From positions 32,001 through 96,000 of the forward strand of contig CAVRBU010000012.1 in NCBI GenBank assembly GCA_963719315.1: a stretch of 64,000 nucleotides of DNA, given 5' to 3'. This DNA comes from an uncultured Planctomycetota bacterium (lineage in GTDB: Bacteria; Planctomycetota; Planctomycetia; Pirellulales; Lacipirellulaceae). Each line of letters begins with the position of its first letter. The first letter of the stretch is position 1. The notes under the pieces are model-generated. The model ran no database searches. It saw nothing but the letters and a program-made list of their open reading frames with translations, and was not told the DNA's origin. Positions 22,466 through 31,548 of this stretch are shown here, piece after piece. Made by a program: the position numbers and the translations under genes.

Positions 22466-23491
22466 ATGATTGAGTCGCTGCTCGGTCTCCTCTTGGCCTT
22501 GACTGCCGCCGAGGTCGCGCCGGAGGCAACGGGAAAAATCCAAGGCGTGGTGCTCAATGGCAGTCGCGGCAATGCACCCATTGCGGAAGCTGACGTCCTA
22601 TTGCGTGCCGGCCTAGGAGACCCTGTGGAGTCGGTGGCCGAAACAAAAACGGACAAGAACGGAAAGTTCGCTTTCAAAGAAGTTCCGCTCGATCCGGCCC
22701 TCGTCTTCTTGCCCGGTGTCGAACGGGACGGCGTGCATTATCCGGCCAAGCGTCTACGTCTCAATCGAACCAACCCGAATGCAGAGATCGTTATTCAGGC
22801 TTTTGACGGCATCCAATCGCCGTCGCCTCTCGAGGCTCTGCGGCATGAGATTCGGGTCACAATTGAACCTCAAGTGATGCTAATCAGCGAGATGATCCTG
22901 GTCGCGAATCGGTCAGATCGCGCATATGTGGGAGAGTCCATTGGAGAGGATCCGCCCGTTACACTGAGGTTATCGGTCCCCGCAAATTTTGACCGCGTGA
23001 CGTTTGGCAGCGAGTTTTACGGACGCCGCTTTCGGATTGTGGAGCATCATCTAGTGACAAATATTCCGTGGCCACCTGGCGAGCGCGAACTGAAGTTTAC
23101 GTATCGAATTCCGTTAGAAGACAGCGGCGGTTTGTTCCGCCGGCCATTAGACATACCTTGCAGGAAAGTCAGTCTTCGGGTGCGCGATAAGAATGAGATA
23201 AAGTTGTCATGCAATTTGCCGTTATCGCAAAGGGCTGGCGATGTAACCGTCTTTGCAGCCGCCGAGAAACAACTATCTGCCGGCGACACGATAGAACTGC
23301 AAGTTGGCAAGCTGCCGTTTCCATGGGCGTTATACGCGCGATGGACTGCGCTGGCCGTGCTGGGCACCCTGGTCATAGGGACCGTGGCGAGTAGTCGCCT
23401 ACGCAATCGGCAAACCCTTGAACCACGCAATGGCGCGATCCAAGGGCGCCGGTGTAAATCCGATGATAAGCGGTCCCGACGTGCCGCTTAG
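22466..23491 (+). CDS. Exported beta-sandwich (carboxypeptidase-regulatory-like) protein with C-terminal TM
   Basis: Signal peptide, GKIQGVVLNG...TKTDKNGKFAF, C-terminal TM plus basic tail; last gene of the ccm operon. Confidence 0.65.
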   Translation: MIESLLGLLLALTAAEVAPEATGKIQGVVLNGSRGNAPIAEADVLLRAGLGDPVESVAETKTDKNGKFAFKEVPLDPALVFLPGVERDGVHYPAKRLRLNRTNPNAEIVIQAFDGIQSPSPLEALRHEIRVTIEPQVMLISEMILVANRSDRAYVGESIGEDPPVTLRLSVPANFDRVTFGSEFYGRRFRIVEHHLVTNIPWPPGERELKFTYRIPLEDSGGLFRRPLDIPCRKVSLRVRDKNEIKLSCNLPLSQRAGDVTVFAAAEKQLSAGDTIELQVGKLPFPWALYARWTALAVLGTLVIGTVASSRLRNRQTLEPRNGAIQGRRCKSDDKRSRRAA

Positions 23492-24219
23492 CGACGCCAC
23501 CGAGGAAGAACTGGAACTGCCAGCACTCCTAGGACAATCAAAACAATTGTCGCCGGTTCCGGTACTGCGGTGATCATGATCGATCCACTGCCGACTCCGG
23601 CCGTGGTGTTGCCAAAGCGGGTCCGCCATGCTGTGTAATCGGCCGCGTCTACACTGCCCGGTGTGTCGACCTCGAATTGCAATGGTCCGCCCTTACGCCA
23701 CAGTACATAATCGGCGGCATCAACGACTCCATTGTCGTTGTAATCGCCCGGTACCCCCACCTTCACCGTAAAGTTACCTGTTTTGCTCCAATCCTCGCTG
23801 CCGCCTGCGAGCGTGACGCTAATGGGATAGCTACCTCTGACCGCGCCCGCCCCGGGAGTAAGGCTTAGGGACTTCGCTCCGGTACCGGAGAACGGCCCCA
23901 GGGTCCACCAAGTCGGCGATACAGAATTGGGGCGCTTGGTCCAACTCGCGTCCGGCTGGGCCCCCAGGCCAGCCGCATTGAGTCCAGTTAGGCTAAGGGC
24001 AGAACTCCCGCCACCCGTACTCGTAACGTTGATCGTAATTGCTCTTGTTTGACTCATCGGGAGCTGCAGAAGATTTGACGGGGAGAAGCCAAAAGCTCCA
24101 GCTGTACGAGTGTGGCATCCCGTGCAACCAGACCCGTAACTGGGTAGGGCACAGGCGGAGCCGGCCGGGAGGATCAGTAACGCAATGCTCGCAGCTAGAG
24201 ATCTCCATGATATTGCCAT
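23488..24219 (-). CDS. PEP-CTERM sorted surface protein with N-terminal CxxCH and dockerin/EF-hand-like repeat
   Basis: ATG 24219 with RBS GGAGG; signal peptide ending ACA; LPSYGSGCTGCH; GDYNDNGVVDAADYVLWRK; VPEP + TM + RWRR. Confidence 0.85.
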   Translation of the reverse strand: MAISWRSLAASIALLILPAGSACALPSYGSGCTGCHTRTAGAFGFSPSNLLQLPMSQTRAITINVTSTGGGSSALSLTGLNAAGLGAQPDASWTKRPNSVSPTWWTLGPFSGTGAKSLSLTPGAGAVRGSYPISVTLAGGSEDWSKTGNFTVKVGVPGDYNDNGVVDAADYVLWRKGGPLQFEVDTPGSVDAADYTAWRTRFGNTTAGVGSGSIMITAVPEPATIVLIVLGVLAVPVLPRWRR

Positions 24220-24419
24220 GTTATACCTCCTGAGTCGTAACAAGCCTGTTTGGTGTGAAGAAAAAGCTGGATCGGCAGGGAAAGTTGCGTAACTGCGAAG
24301 TATATGCAAGCACTTTTCGCCAGCCAAAATCTCCCCCTGACAATTTGACTTACCGCAAAACAAGCGCACACGAAGAGTGCTCTGGATCGAACTTCTTCCA
24401 ATTTCGGGAATTATTATTT

Positions 24420-24435
24420 CGCAATCGCAGTGCCA
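24420..24435 (-). promoter_or_regulatory. sigma-54 promoter candidate for the PEP-CTERM gene
   Basis: Minus strand TGGCACTGCGATTGCG matches TGGCAC-N5-TTGC, ~200 nt upstream of the ATG. Confidence 0.6.
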
Positions 24436-24782
24436 AACGGCCTCGCCGTCGAGCACCCACACACCGCGGCAGCTTGTGTTGATCCGAATTTGATACGCTG
24501 AGATGCGTCCGGCCGTGAAAAAGCACGATTCTTCCTGTTGTGGAAGGCGTTTTCACCGTGAAGTGTCGTAGCCAGTATCGCCGCACGATGAAGCAGATTT
24601 CAATCGGCTTAACCCACGACGCTCGGCCGGATCACGTAATCGGAGAGCCAGAATCGCTAAAGGAAGGGCGTAACTGGCACATAGGCGTGCTGTGCTGCGC
24701 GCTCCGTGGCACTGGCGTGCGAGATGCTGATCCAGCGGTTGGGGGCTCGATCAGCAAAGATTTGTGGGCTCAGGCAGCCAAG

Positions 24783-25430
24783 CTACTTCGTCGGCTTTGC
24801 GGAGCGAATGAATTGCTGGATCGCGGCGGCATGTGATGCGATCGTCTTCTGGGGTCCGGTGGCCTTGATGAAGTGGAGTTGACCGCCGACCGGAATTACG
24901 GCGGCTATCATGCGGTAGTCTGACCGTAGCTCTCCAGGCCCGAACGGGCCGCGCTGGTCGTTAAAATCGCCTGACAGATCGACGATCTTCGCCTTCAAGC
25001 CGGCGATTTCGACATCCTCTTGGGACATCGATTTCGGCTGGGGTTTGAATTGGCTTTTCCAGCGGTCGATGTTGGCGTCCACGCCGCCGCCCGCAGTACT
25101 GATTGTTAAGCGGCCGTCGGCACTATCGCCGTCAGCCCGAGGCAAGGAAAACTCCGCGGCAACAAACGAAGATTTGGTCGCCTTCCGCGTCCAAGCGGCC
25201 GGTGCCGTCAGCAGGATGGCGTCTAACTCAACAACTGCCGGCCCTTGGTTTGTGCCATTTTCCGCCCGCGTACCATTTGAGTCACGATTCGGCGGAATTG
25301 CGTCATCAGACCCTACCTTCGCGGAATTTTTGCTCGTCGAGATTTCCGCGGCCGTGTGTATTGCAGTTTGTGATCCACATCCGAGGGCGATCAGATTGAG
25401 AAATACGCCACACCAAATCAAATTTCGCAT
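24783..25430 (-). CDS. Hypothetical lipoprotein associated with ccs genes
   Basis: Lipobox IALGC; GGGVDANIDRWKSQF and HFIKATGP motifs. Confidence 0.75.
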   Translation of the reverse strand: MRNLIWCGVFLNLIALGCGSQTAIHTAAEISTSKNSAKVGSDDAIPPNRDSNGTRAENGTNQGPAVVELDAILLTAPAAWTRKATKSSFVAAEFSLPRADGDSADGRLTISTAGGGVDANIDRWKSQFKPQPKSMSQEDVEIAGLKAKIVDLSGDFNDQRGPFGPGELRSDYRMIAAVIPVGGQLHFIKATGPQKTIASHAAAIQQFIRSAKPTK

Positions 25431-25693
25431 CTTGGAACCTCAGGTAAAGCTTCAACAAGTCCGATTTCCGCGCTCGCGCAATTCTCGAGTTGCACAATGA
25501 TAGCACCATCAAAACGTCCGTGTCGATAAGTCCGTCGATCAACTCAGGATCGACCGATGTTGCCGTTTTACGCGGGATTTGTATTGTCTCCACCCCATGA
25601 GGAACTCGGAGAACTTTCGCGTCAGAAAACCAGAGGTGCCCCTTCGAGGGGAACAAGCCGGTGCTCGCGCAACTACCTAAGGTGAAATCTCTC

Positions 25694-27553
25694 ATGAACG
25701 CGGCGATCCGCACTTTCGCCTCCATCAAACTGGCGGTGTGCCTGATCGTTTTGCTGGCCGCGGTCATCTCGACCGCAACCTTGCTTGAAATCAAATATGG
25801 TCGCCCCTATAGCCAATGGTTTGTGTATCACAGCTATTGGTTTTCAGGGCTCTTGGGGTTGGTGGGTGTTTGCGTGTTTTGTGCAGCGTATGTTCGCTAT
25901 CCGTGGAAGCGACATCAAATCGGATTCGTACTTACGCATGCGGGCTTATTGATGTTACTCTCGGGTTCGGCGCTGACTCTCTATCGCGGAATTGAGGGGC
26001 AGGTCTCAATCATCGAAGGCACTTCGACCGATCAGCTAACGTTGAGCCAGCAAAGTCAGATCAGGGCGTCTTGGGTTGATCGACACGATGACCGGCCCTA
26101 TGTGTTCACCTTCGATAGCGGACCAGTTGACTGGCGAAAAGGGACCGAACTTGATCTCGGCCGCGTCGATGGCATGAGTGTGCGAGTACTCAATTACTAT
26201 CGGCATAGCCAGCCCGTGGATAACTGGATTGCTGACGCCGGCGGACACGGCGGCCCGCTGGTACGGTTTCAAGTGAAGCAGACGCACGCCCTTGGCAACG
26301 CACCATTCGGCAGCCCTAATCCTGACCAGCCCATTGTCGGTTCCCTTGCGGACCAAGATTATGGCGATGAACTGTTTGTCGGGCCGATTGCCATTCGTTT
26401 GCAGCGGGCGACAAGTGACGCCATGTTGGCGGACTTTCTCCACCCGATCGACAGCGAACTTGGCGAGAAAGGCGTACTCACCGTTTACTTTAAGGAGAAT
26501 GTGCAGCGTGTTCCGGTCGACGAGCATGTAGGCCAGGCGGTCAGGATCGGCGGTGGCGCTTCCGTGGAACTTGTGCAGTACCTGGCAAATGCCAAGTTGG
26601 ATGCTGGTGGACAGTTTAAAGCGATTGGAAATGATATTCGCAATCCGTTAGTTGAATTGAAAGTGAGCCTTCCGCATGAAAAGCAACCGTTTCGTCAAGT
26701 TGCATTCGCCAAGAGTCCGCTGTTGAATTTCGATGGTGTCTACGGGCGCGACTGCCCCGTCAAATTCGTCTACCAGCATCCCAAGCTAAAACCGCCAACT
26801 GCTGTTGAATTCCTTCAAGGCAAGAATGGAAAACTCTTCGGCCGAACGATTTCCAATGGGAAATACAAATCGATTGGCGAAGTGAATCAGAGCACACAGG
26901 TCGAGGTTCAGGGAGGATTCACACTAACGATCAACGAATATATGCCGCGTGCCCGGCGGGCCATTTCATTCAAACGGGCTGAGCACAGCGCTGACTGGGA
27001 GCCCTCGCCAGAATCGTCCGCGGTGGAGGTGCAATTGACGGTCGCCGGGACGACGCAATCGCTTTGGCTTCAGCGAAACAGTGCAGAATACGACACGGGA
27101 GCGCTCGACACTACGGAAGGTCGTCTCTGCGTAAGGTTTGCGGCGGCCAAAGTTCCGCTGGGTTTCTCCCTAAAGCTTGTTGATTTGCGACGCGAGACGA
27201 ATCCGGGAGGGGTCGGCAATGCGGCCTTCTCCAGCCTGGTAAATGTCGTCGATAAGAAAAGTTCGATTGATGAAGAGCGATTGATCTCGATGAATCAGCC
27301 TCTCTTGCTTAACGGCTTTCGGATCTACCAGTCCGGTTTTCGTGACGCGGGCCACGGGAAACAAGCGTCCATTTTCAGCGTGGCTTACGATCCTGGACGT
27401 CCGCTGAAATACCTCGGCAGCCTGATGGTTTGTGTCGGCACCGCCACGATGTTTTACATGAAAGCGTATTCGGTGAAAGGCGCCGCCCATCTGCTCAGTG
27501 TGCGTCCAGACGCAATGCCATTACGCGACCGAACCCTGAAGATTCCTGCCTGA
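25694..27553 (+). CDS. ccsB: ResB/CcsB-like cytochrome c biogenesis protein
   Basis: FASIKLAV, GFVLTHAG, ISMNQPL, RIYQSGF, DPGRPLKYLGS; immediately before ccsA. Confidence 0.85.
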   Translation: MNAAIRTFASIKLAVCLIVLLAAVISTATLLEIKYGRPYSQWFVYHSYWFSGLLGLVGVCVFCAAYVRYPWKRHQIGFVLTHAGLLMLLSGSALTLYRGIEGQVSIIEGTSTDQLTLSQQSQIRASWVDRHDDRPYVFTFDSGPVDWRKGTELDLGRVDGMSVRVLNYYRHSQPVDNWIADAGGHGGPLVRFQVKQTHALGNAPFGSPNPDQPIVGSLADQDYGDELFVGPIAIRLQRATSDAMLADFLHPIDSELGEKGVLTVYFKENVQRVPVDEHVGQAVRIGGGASVELVQYLANAKLDAGGQFKAIGNDIRNPLVELKVSLPHEKQPFRQVAFAKSPLLNFDGVYGRDCPVKFVYQHPKLKPPTAVEFLQGKNGKLFGRTISNGKYKSIGEVNQSTQVEVQGGFTLTINEYMPRARRAISFKRAEHSADWEPSPESSAVEVQLTVAGTTQSLWLQRNSAEYDTGALDTTEGRLCVRFAAAKVPLGFSLKLVDLRRETNPGGVGNAAFSSLVNVVDKKSSIDEERLISMNQPLLLNGFRIYQSGFRDAGHGKQASIFSVAYDPGRPLKYLGSLMVCVGTATMFYMKAYSVKGAAHLLSVRPDAMPLRDRTLKIPA

Positions 27554-27653
27554 TCGCAGTCGTTTCCGCGCGGTGACGACCATCACAATGTTATCGCGGG
27601 AGGGTTGCCAATGCGGCAAATCTGCGAAGTGCCGTCATAACAATGAGTCGTAC

Positions 27654-29516
27654 ATGAAAAGAGTTCATGGTTTCGCTGGTTCGTGTGTGATACTGTTGTG
27701 CAGCGCCCTGCTCGGATTTGCTGCTCCGATCGAAGCGACGGCAATCGATTGGCAACTTTGGCAGAAACTGCCAGTCCAAAACGGCGGTCGCTTCAAACCG
27801 TTCGATACGTTGGCCGCGGAGACGCTCCTTGTTACTAGTAACTACGTCCCGGTGATCGATTCCAACAGCGGCCAAGAACTAAGCCCTGTGGCGACCTACT
27901 TGACAATGCTGTTCGAATGGACGGGGTGGGATCACAAACAAATCGATGGATTGTTGCTCGCGCAAGATGCGGTACCACAGTATTTTTACTTTCACCAGGC
28001 CGATCGTTGGGACAAAACCCCTTTGCTGCGGATTGATCATCCTGATCTGAAAAGAATGATCGGTATTCCGGAGCAAGTTAAGTTCATTGCTCCGGCCATC
28101 CTGACCACGACGTTGGTCATTGATGTGCGGACGCAAAAGAGCATCCCTTTCCCCACTTGGGGCCGCACTCTGCAGAAGTTGAAAGACTCCGGTAAATCGC
28201 TGAGCCCGATCGAGGAACAGGGCTTACGCCTGGCGCATCGATTGGAAGTGTACCAATCGGAACGGATGGGATTGGGGGTGGGGATCGTGCCGAATGCCAA
28301 AGCGGATGGCACGGCGTGGTTGTCGATAAGCGAGCTGTTACTCACGAAGTTCGACGATACGACGGATTCGCATGGGAGTTTTCGCCGGGCACAGCGGTTA
28401 TTCTGGGCGGCCCGCTCAGCGTTTCGCGTAGGCGACGCCACTACGTTCAATCACGTTAGCGGTGAGTTTCTTACCGCTGTCCGGACGATAGGTTTAGGGA
28501 CGTCAGATTATCCCAGCCAATCCAGAATGGATGTGGAATTAGCTTACAATCATTGGAAGCCTTTCCGTTACGCTTGGGCATTCATGTTGGTGGCCACCGC
28601 AGGCATGCTGCTTCACTTGAGAAGTGGTTGGCGGACATTCTATTGGTGTGGCGTCGGCGCGTATAGCCTGGGCATGGTTTTCTTGCTCATCGGATTTACG
28701 ATGTGCGCAAGTATTTCTGGCCGTCCACCGGTCACCAATATGTATGAGTCGGTGATTTACGTGGGTTCAGGCGTCGCAGCACTGGGTATCGTGTTCGGAA
28801 TATTGTATCGGCAAAAATATGTATTAACGGCAGCAGCGGCAATTTCGATGGTGACGTTGGTGTTAGCCGATATTTGTCCCGTTGTTCTGGACTCGAGTGT
28901 AGAGCCACTTGTACCCGTGCTCCGCAATAATTTTTGGCTCGTGACCCATGTCATGACCGTTACACTCAGTTATGCTGCGTTTGCGCTGGCGCTGGGCATC
29001 GCGAATATTACGCTAGGATACTACGCTTTTCGATTAAATAGCTCGGAGGTGATTGGGGCTTTGAGCCAATTTACCTACAAAGCGATCCAAGTTGGTGTTC
29101 TACTGTTCGCAGCTGGAATTGTTCTGGGTGGAATTTGGGCAGATTACTCATGGGGTCGCTTTTGGGGCTGGGATCCAAAGGAAGTCTGGGCTCTGGTTGC
29201 GCTACTCGGCTACCTGTCCGTCCTGCACGCGCGGATTAGCGGCGCCGTCGGCCATCGAGGCCTGGCCGTGCTGAGCGTGGTTTGCTTTTCCCTAGTCATC
29301 GTGGCTTGGTACGGCGTAAACTTCGTATTGGGAGCCGGCCTGCACAGCTACGGCTTTGGGGATGGAGGCCAAGGATACGTATATCTGGCGATTTTCGCGC
29401 AATGGTCCTTTGTGGGCGTGGCTCTCCATCGCAGCCGACCGGACGAATCCCACGCCCGCGCAACCGCCACCGACGCACATTCTCTCATCTCCCTGTCCAC
29501 GGCGTCGATTCGCTAG
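27654..29516 (+). CDS. ccsA: Cytochrome c biogenesis protein CcsA/ResC (start uncertain)
   Basis: GRFKPFDT, GRPPVTNMYES, WLVTHV, WADYSWGRFWGWDPKE, GLHSYG. Confidence 0.92.
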   Translation: MKRVHGFAGSCVILLCSALLGFAAPIEATAIDWQLWQKLPVQNGGRFKPFDTLAAETLLVTSNYVPVIDSNSGQELSPVATYLTMLFEWTGWDHKQIDGLLLAQDAVPQYFYFHQADRWDKTPLLRIDHPDLKRMIGIPEQVKFIAPAILTTTLVIDVRTQKSIPFPTWGRTLQKLKDSGKSLSPIEEQGLRLAHRLEVYQSERMGLGVGIVPNAKADGTAWLSISELLLTKFDDTTDSHGSFRRAQRLFWAARSAFRVGDATTFNHVSGEFLTAVRTIGLGTSDYPSQSRMDVELAYNHWKPFRYAWAFMLVATAGMLLHLRSGWRTFYWCGVGAYSLGMVFLLIGFTMCASISGRPPVTNMYESVIYVGSGVAALGIVFGILYRQKYVLTAAAAISMVTLVLADICPVVLDSSVEPLVPVLRNNFWLVTHVMTVTLSYAAFALALGIANITLGYYAFRLNSSEVIGALSQFTYKAIQVGVLLFAAGIVLGGIWADYSWGRFWGWDPKEVWALVALLGYLSVLHARISGAVGHRGLAVLSVVCFSLVIVAWYGVNFVLGAGLHSYGFGDGGQGYVYLAIFAQWSFVGVALHRSRPDESHARATATDAHSLISLSTASIR

Positions 29517-29849
29517 GTGAGCAGTTTGTCGCGTCGCCAGTCCAGCGGCGCAGCATCACTGCAGGCCACTTTGTATTCCGGCCTGGCGCAGAACGAATGG
29601 TGTTGATGGCGGTGCTGCACTGCTATCTCTTGGGTTGGGTCGTCAAACTGGGAAAGACGCCGGCAGAACGAACAGGAAGACTGTACCTCTTCCGCACGCT
29701 AGCACTTGCAATCTGAAATTTTTTCCTGAGCGGACACAAGTATTACTCGGAATCGGTTCGACATAGTAATACTTTTCCACACTTGCGCAGCGTGTGATGG
29801 CAAAGATGCCTCACACAGAATCTGCGCCGCCGGCAAAGTCAAACGCCGG

Positions 29850-31427
29850 TTGGCTTATCTTCCGTTGGATTGGATCGTGCCGGCGAGTGCCAAACTTCAA
29901 CATGAATGGACGCTCCGCTGGGTGATTACGGCCGGAGTAATCGGCCTGTTTCTGCTCAGTGCTGTCTCGTGCCGCGCGCCGCGCTCGACCTCGGCGCGTC
30001 GTGGCGATCCGAATTCAGAGCCCTATGGCATCGAACCGTCGCACAGGTGGCGGGAGCGGGAAGTTACTCAGGTCAGTGCGTCGATTCCGGTCGTGCCCAA
30101 GGCGGAATTGGTGAACGATGACCAACTCTGTGCCACCTGCCACGAGTCGTACGTCAAGCATCACCATACGAACATCCATCATCAGCAGTCGTGTGAGTCG
30201 TGTCATGGTCCGAGCAGCGAGCATCTGCGCACGCGAGGTAAGGAGCCCGGCCTGATTCGCAGTTTCAAGAGAATGACGCCGGCGGAAAAAAGCGAAACCT
30301 GCTTGCAGTGCCACGCGGACGATGGCTGCCAGCCAGGCAAATCATGGAGAATAAGTGCGCACGCCAATGCAGGTGTGTCATGCACCGATTGCCACACCGG
30401 CCACTACACGGTACCGCCTGGAACCAAATCAACAGATCTTTCTAAAGCCGACAATCGCTACGACGACCAGGTGCAATTGGCGCGCCTGCCATCGGTCAAG
30501 GAAGAATCTTTGCCCGCACCCGACGGAAAAGGCGCCGATGCGCCAATGCCAATGGCGGCCATCGCTGCCGACGATGACGCGTCGATTCGCGACAATTCGC
30601 ACCACATGGGCGCGATCACGCCGCACATTTGTTACCGCTGCCACGCCAACATGCGCGAGCAGGAGAAAATCGCCCACCCCCATCAGATCTGTGGAGCGAC
30701 GCGTCTCGACTGTACAACCTGCCACGATCCACACGGCAAAATACGGCCCGAAACCCGCACGGACCTCTGCCTTAAGTGCCACGATATGTCTGCTCCAACA
30801 ATGGCGTGGCACTCCTCCACGCATTCCAGATATGGCGTAGCTTGCGCCGATTGCCACAATCCGCATCCCAATTCGCACGTTCAGCTAGTGGTTGACATTC
30901 AGCACACTCACATTGATCGAAAACCCAGGATGCCAATGTCCGTGGACGAACCGCAAGCATGTTACAAGTGCCATCCGCAGATCTATGCCAAGAATGCGAT
31001 GCCATCGCACCATCCGATCAAGGAAGGCAAAATGGTTTGCTCCGACTGTCACGACCCACACGGACAAACCGAGGACAACCTAAAGGAACCGACCGTCAAC
31101 ATGGTGTGCTACAAGTGTCACGCGGAAAAACAAGGCCCATTTGCGTATGAGCACCCACCTGTGACGGAGAATTGTGCGATTTGCCACGATCCGCACGGCA
31201 CGGTGGCTAATAATCTGCTCAAGCAGCCGACACCCTTCATTTGCTTACGCTGCCATACTGGGCACCGCAAAGGGCCGGCTGGTCCAAATCATACGCCGCT
31301 ACTGGGTGATATCGGCACCAGTCCCGCCTTACAGGCCGCCTTCTACACCGACTGCACTCAATGCCACAGCCAAATACACGGAAGTGACGTGCCAGCGCCA
31401 CATCTACCTAACGACTTCATGAGATAA
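29850..31427 (+). CDS. 14-heme MtrA/DmsE-like multiheme cytochrome c, probable lipoprotein
   Basis: 14 CxxCH motifs; DmsE/MtrA-type segments SCESCHGP, CYKCHAEKQGPF.YEHPPV, CHSQIHGS. True start may be ATG 29902 with a 1-nt indel, giving MNGRLRWVITAG...AVSC. Confidence 0.9.
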   Translation: MAYLPLDWIVPASAKLQHEWTLRWVITAGVIGLFLLSAVSCRAPRSTSARRGDPNSEPYGIEPSHRWREREVTQVSASIPVVPKAELVNDDQLCATCHESYVKHHHTNIHHQQSCESCHGPSSEHLRTRGKEPGLIRSFKRMTPAEKSETCLQCHADDGCQPGKSWRISAHANAGVSCTDCHTGHYTVPPGTKSTDLSKADNRYDDQVQLARLPSVKEESLPAPDGKGADAPMPMAAIAADDDASIRDNSHHMGAITPHICYRCHANMREQEKIAHPHQICGATRLDCTTCHDPHGKIRPETRTDLCLKCHDMSAPTMAWHSSTHSRYGVACADCHNPHPNSHVQLVVDIQHTHIDRKPRMPMSVDEPQACYKCHPQIYAKNAMPSHHPIKEGKMVCSDCHDPHGQTEDNLKEPTVNMVCYKCHAEKQGPFAYEHPPVTENCAICHDPHGTVANNLLKQPTPFICLRCHTGHRKGPAGPNHTPLLGDIGTSPALQAAFYTDCTQCHSQIHGSDVPAPHLPNDFMR

Positions 31428-31548
31428 ACGCCAGCGGCGACCGACCGGAACACAAACACGTAATTGACCGTCAAGTGACCTGGGATGACCGACGGGCGCA
31501 GATTCCCCCGCCTGCTCCAGTTTCGATCATCCCGTGGGGGCCGGACCG

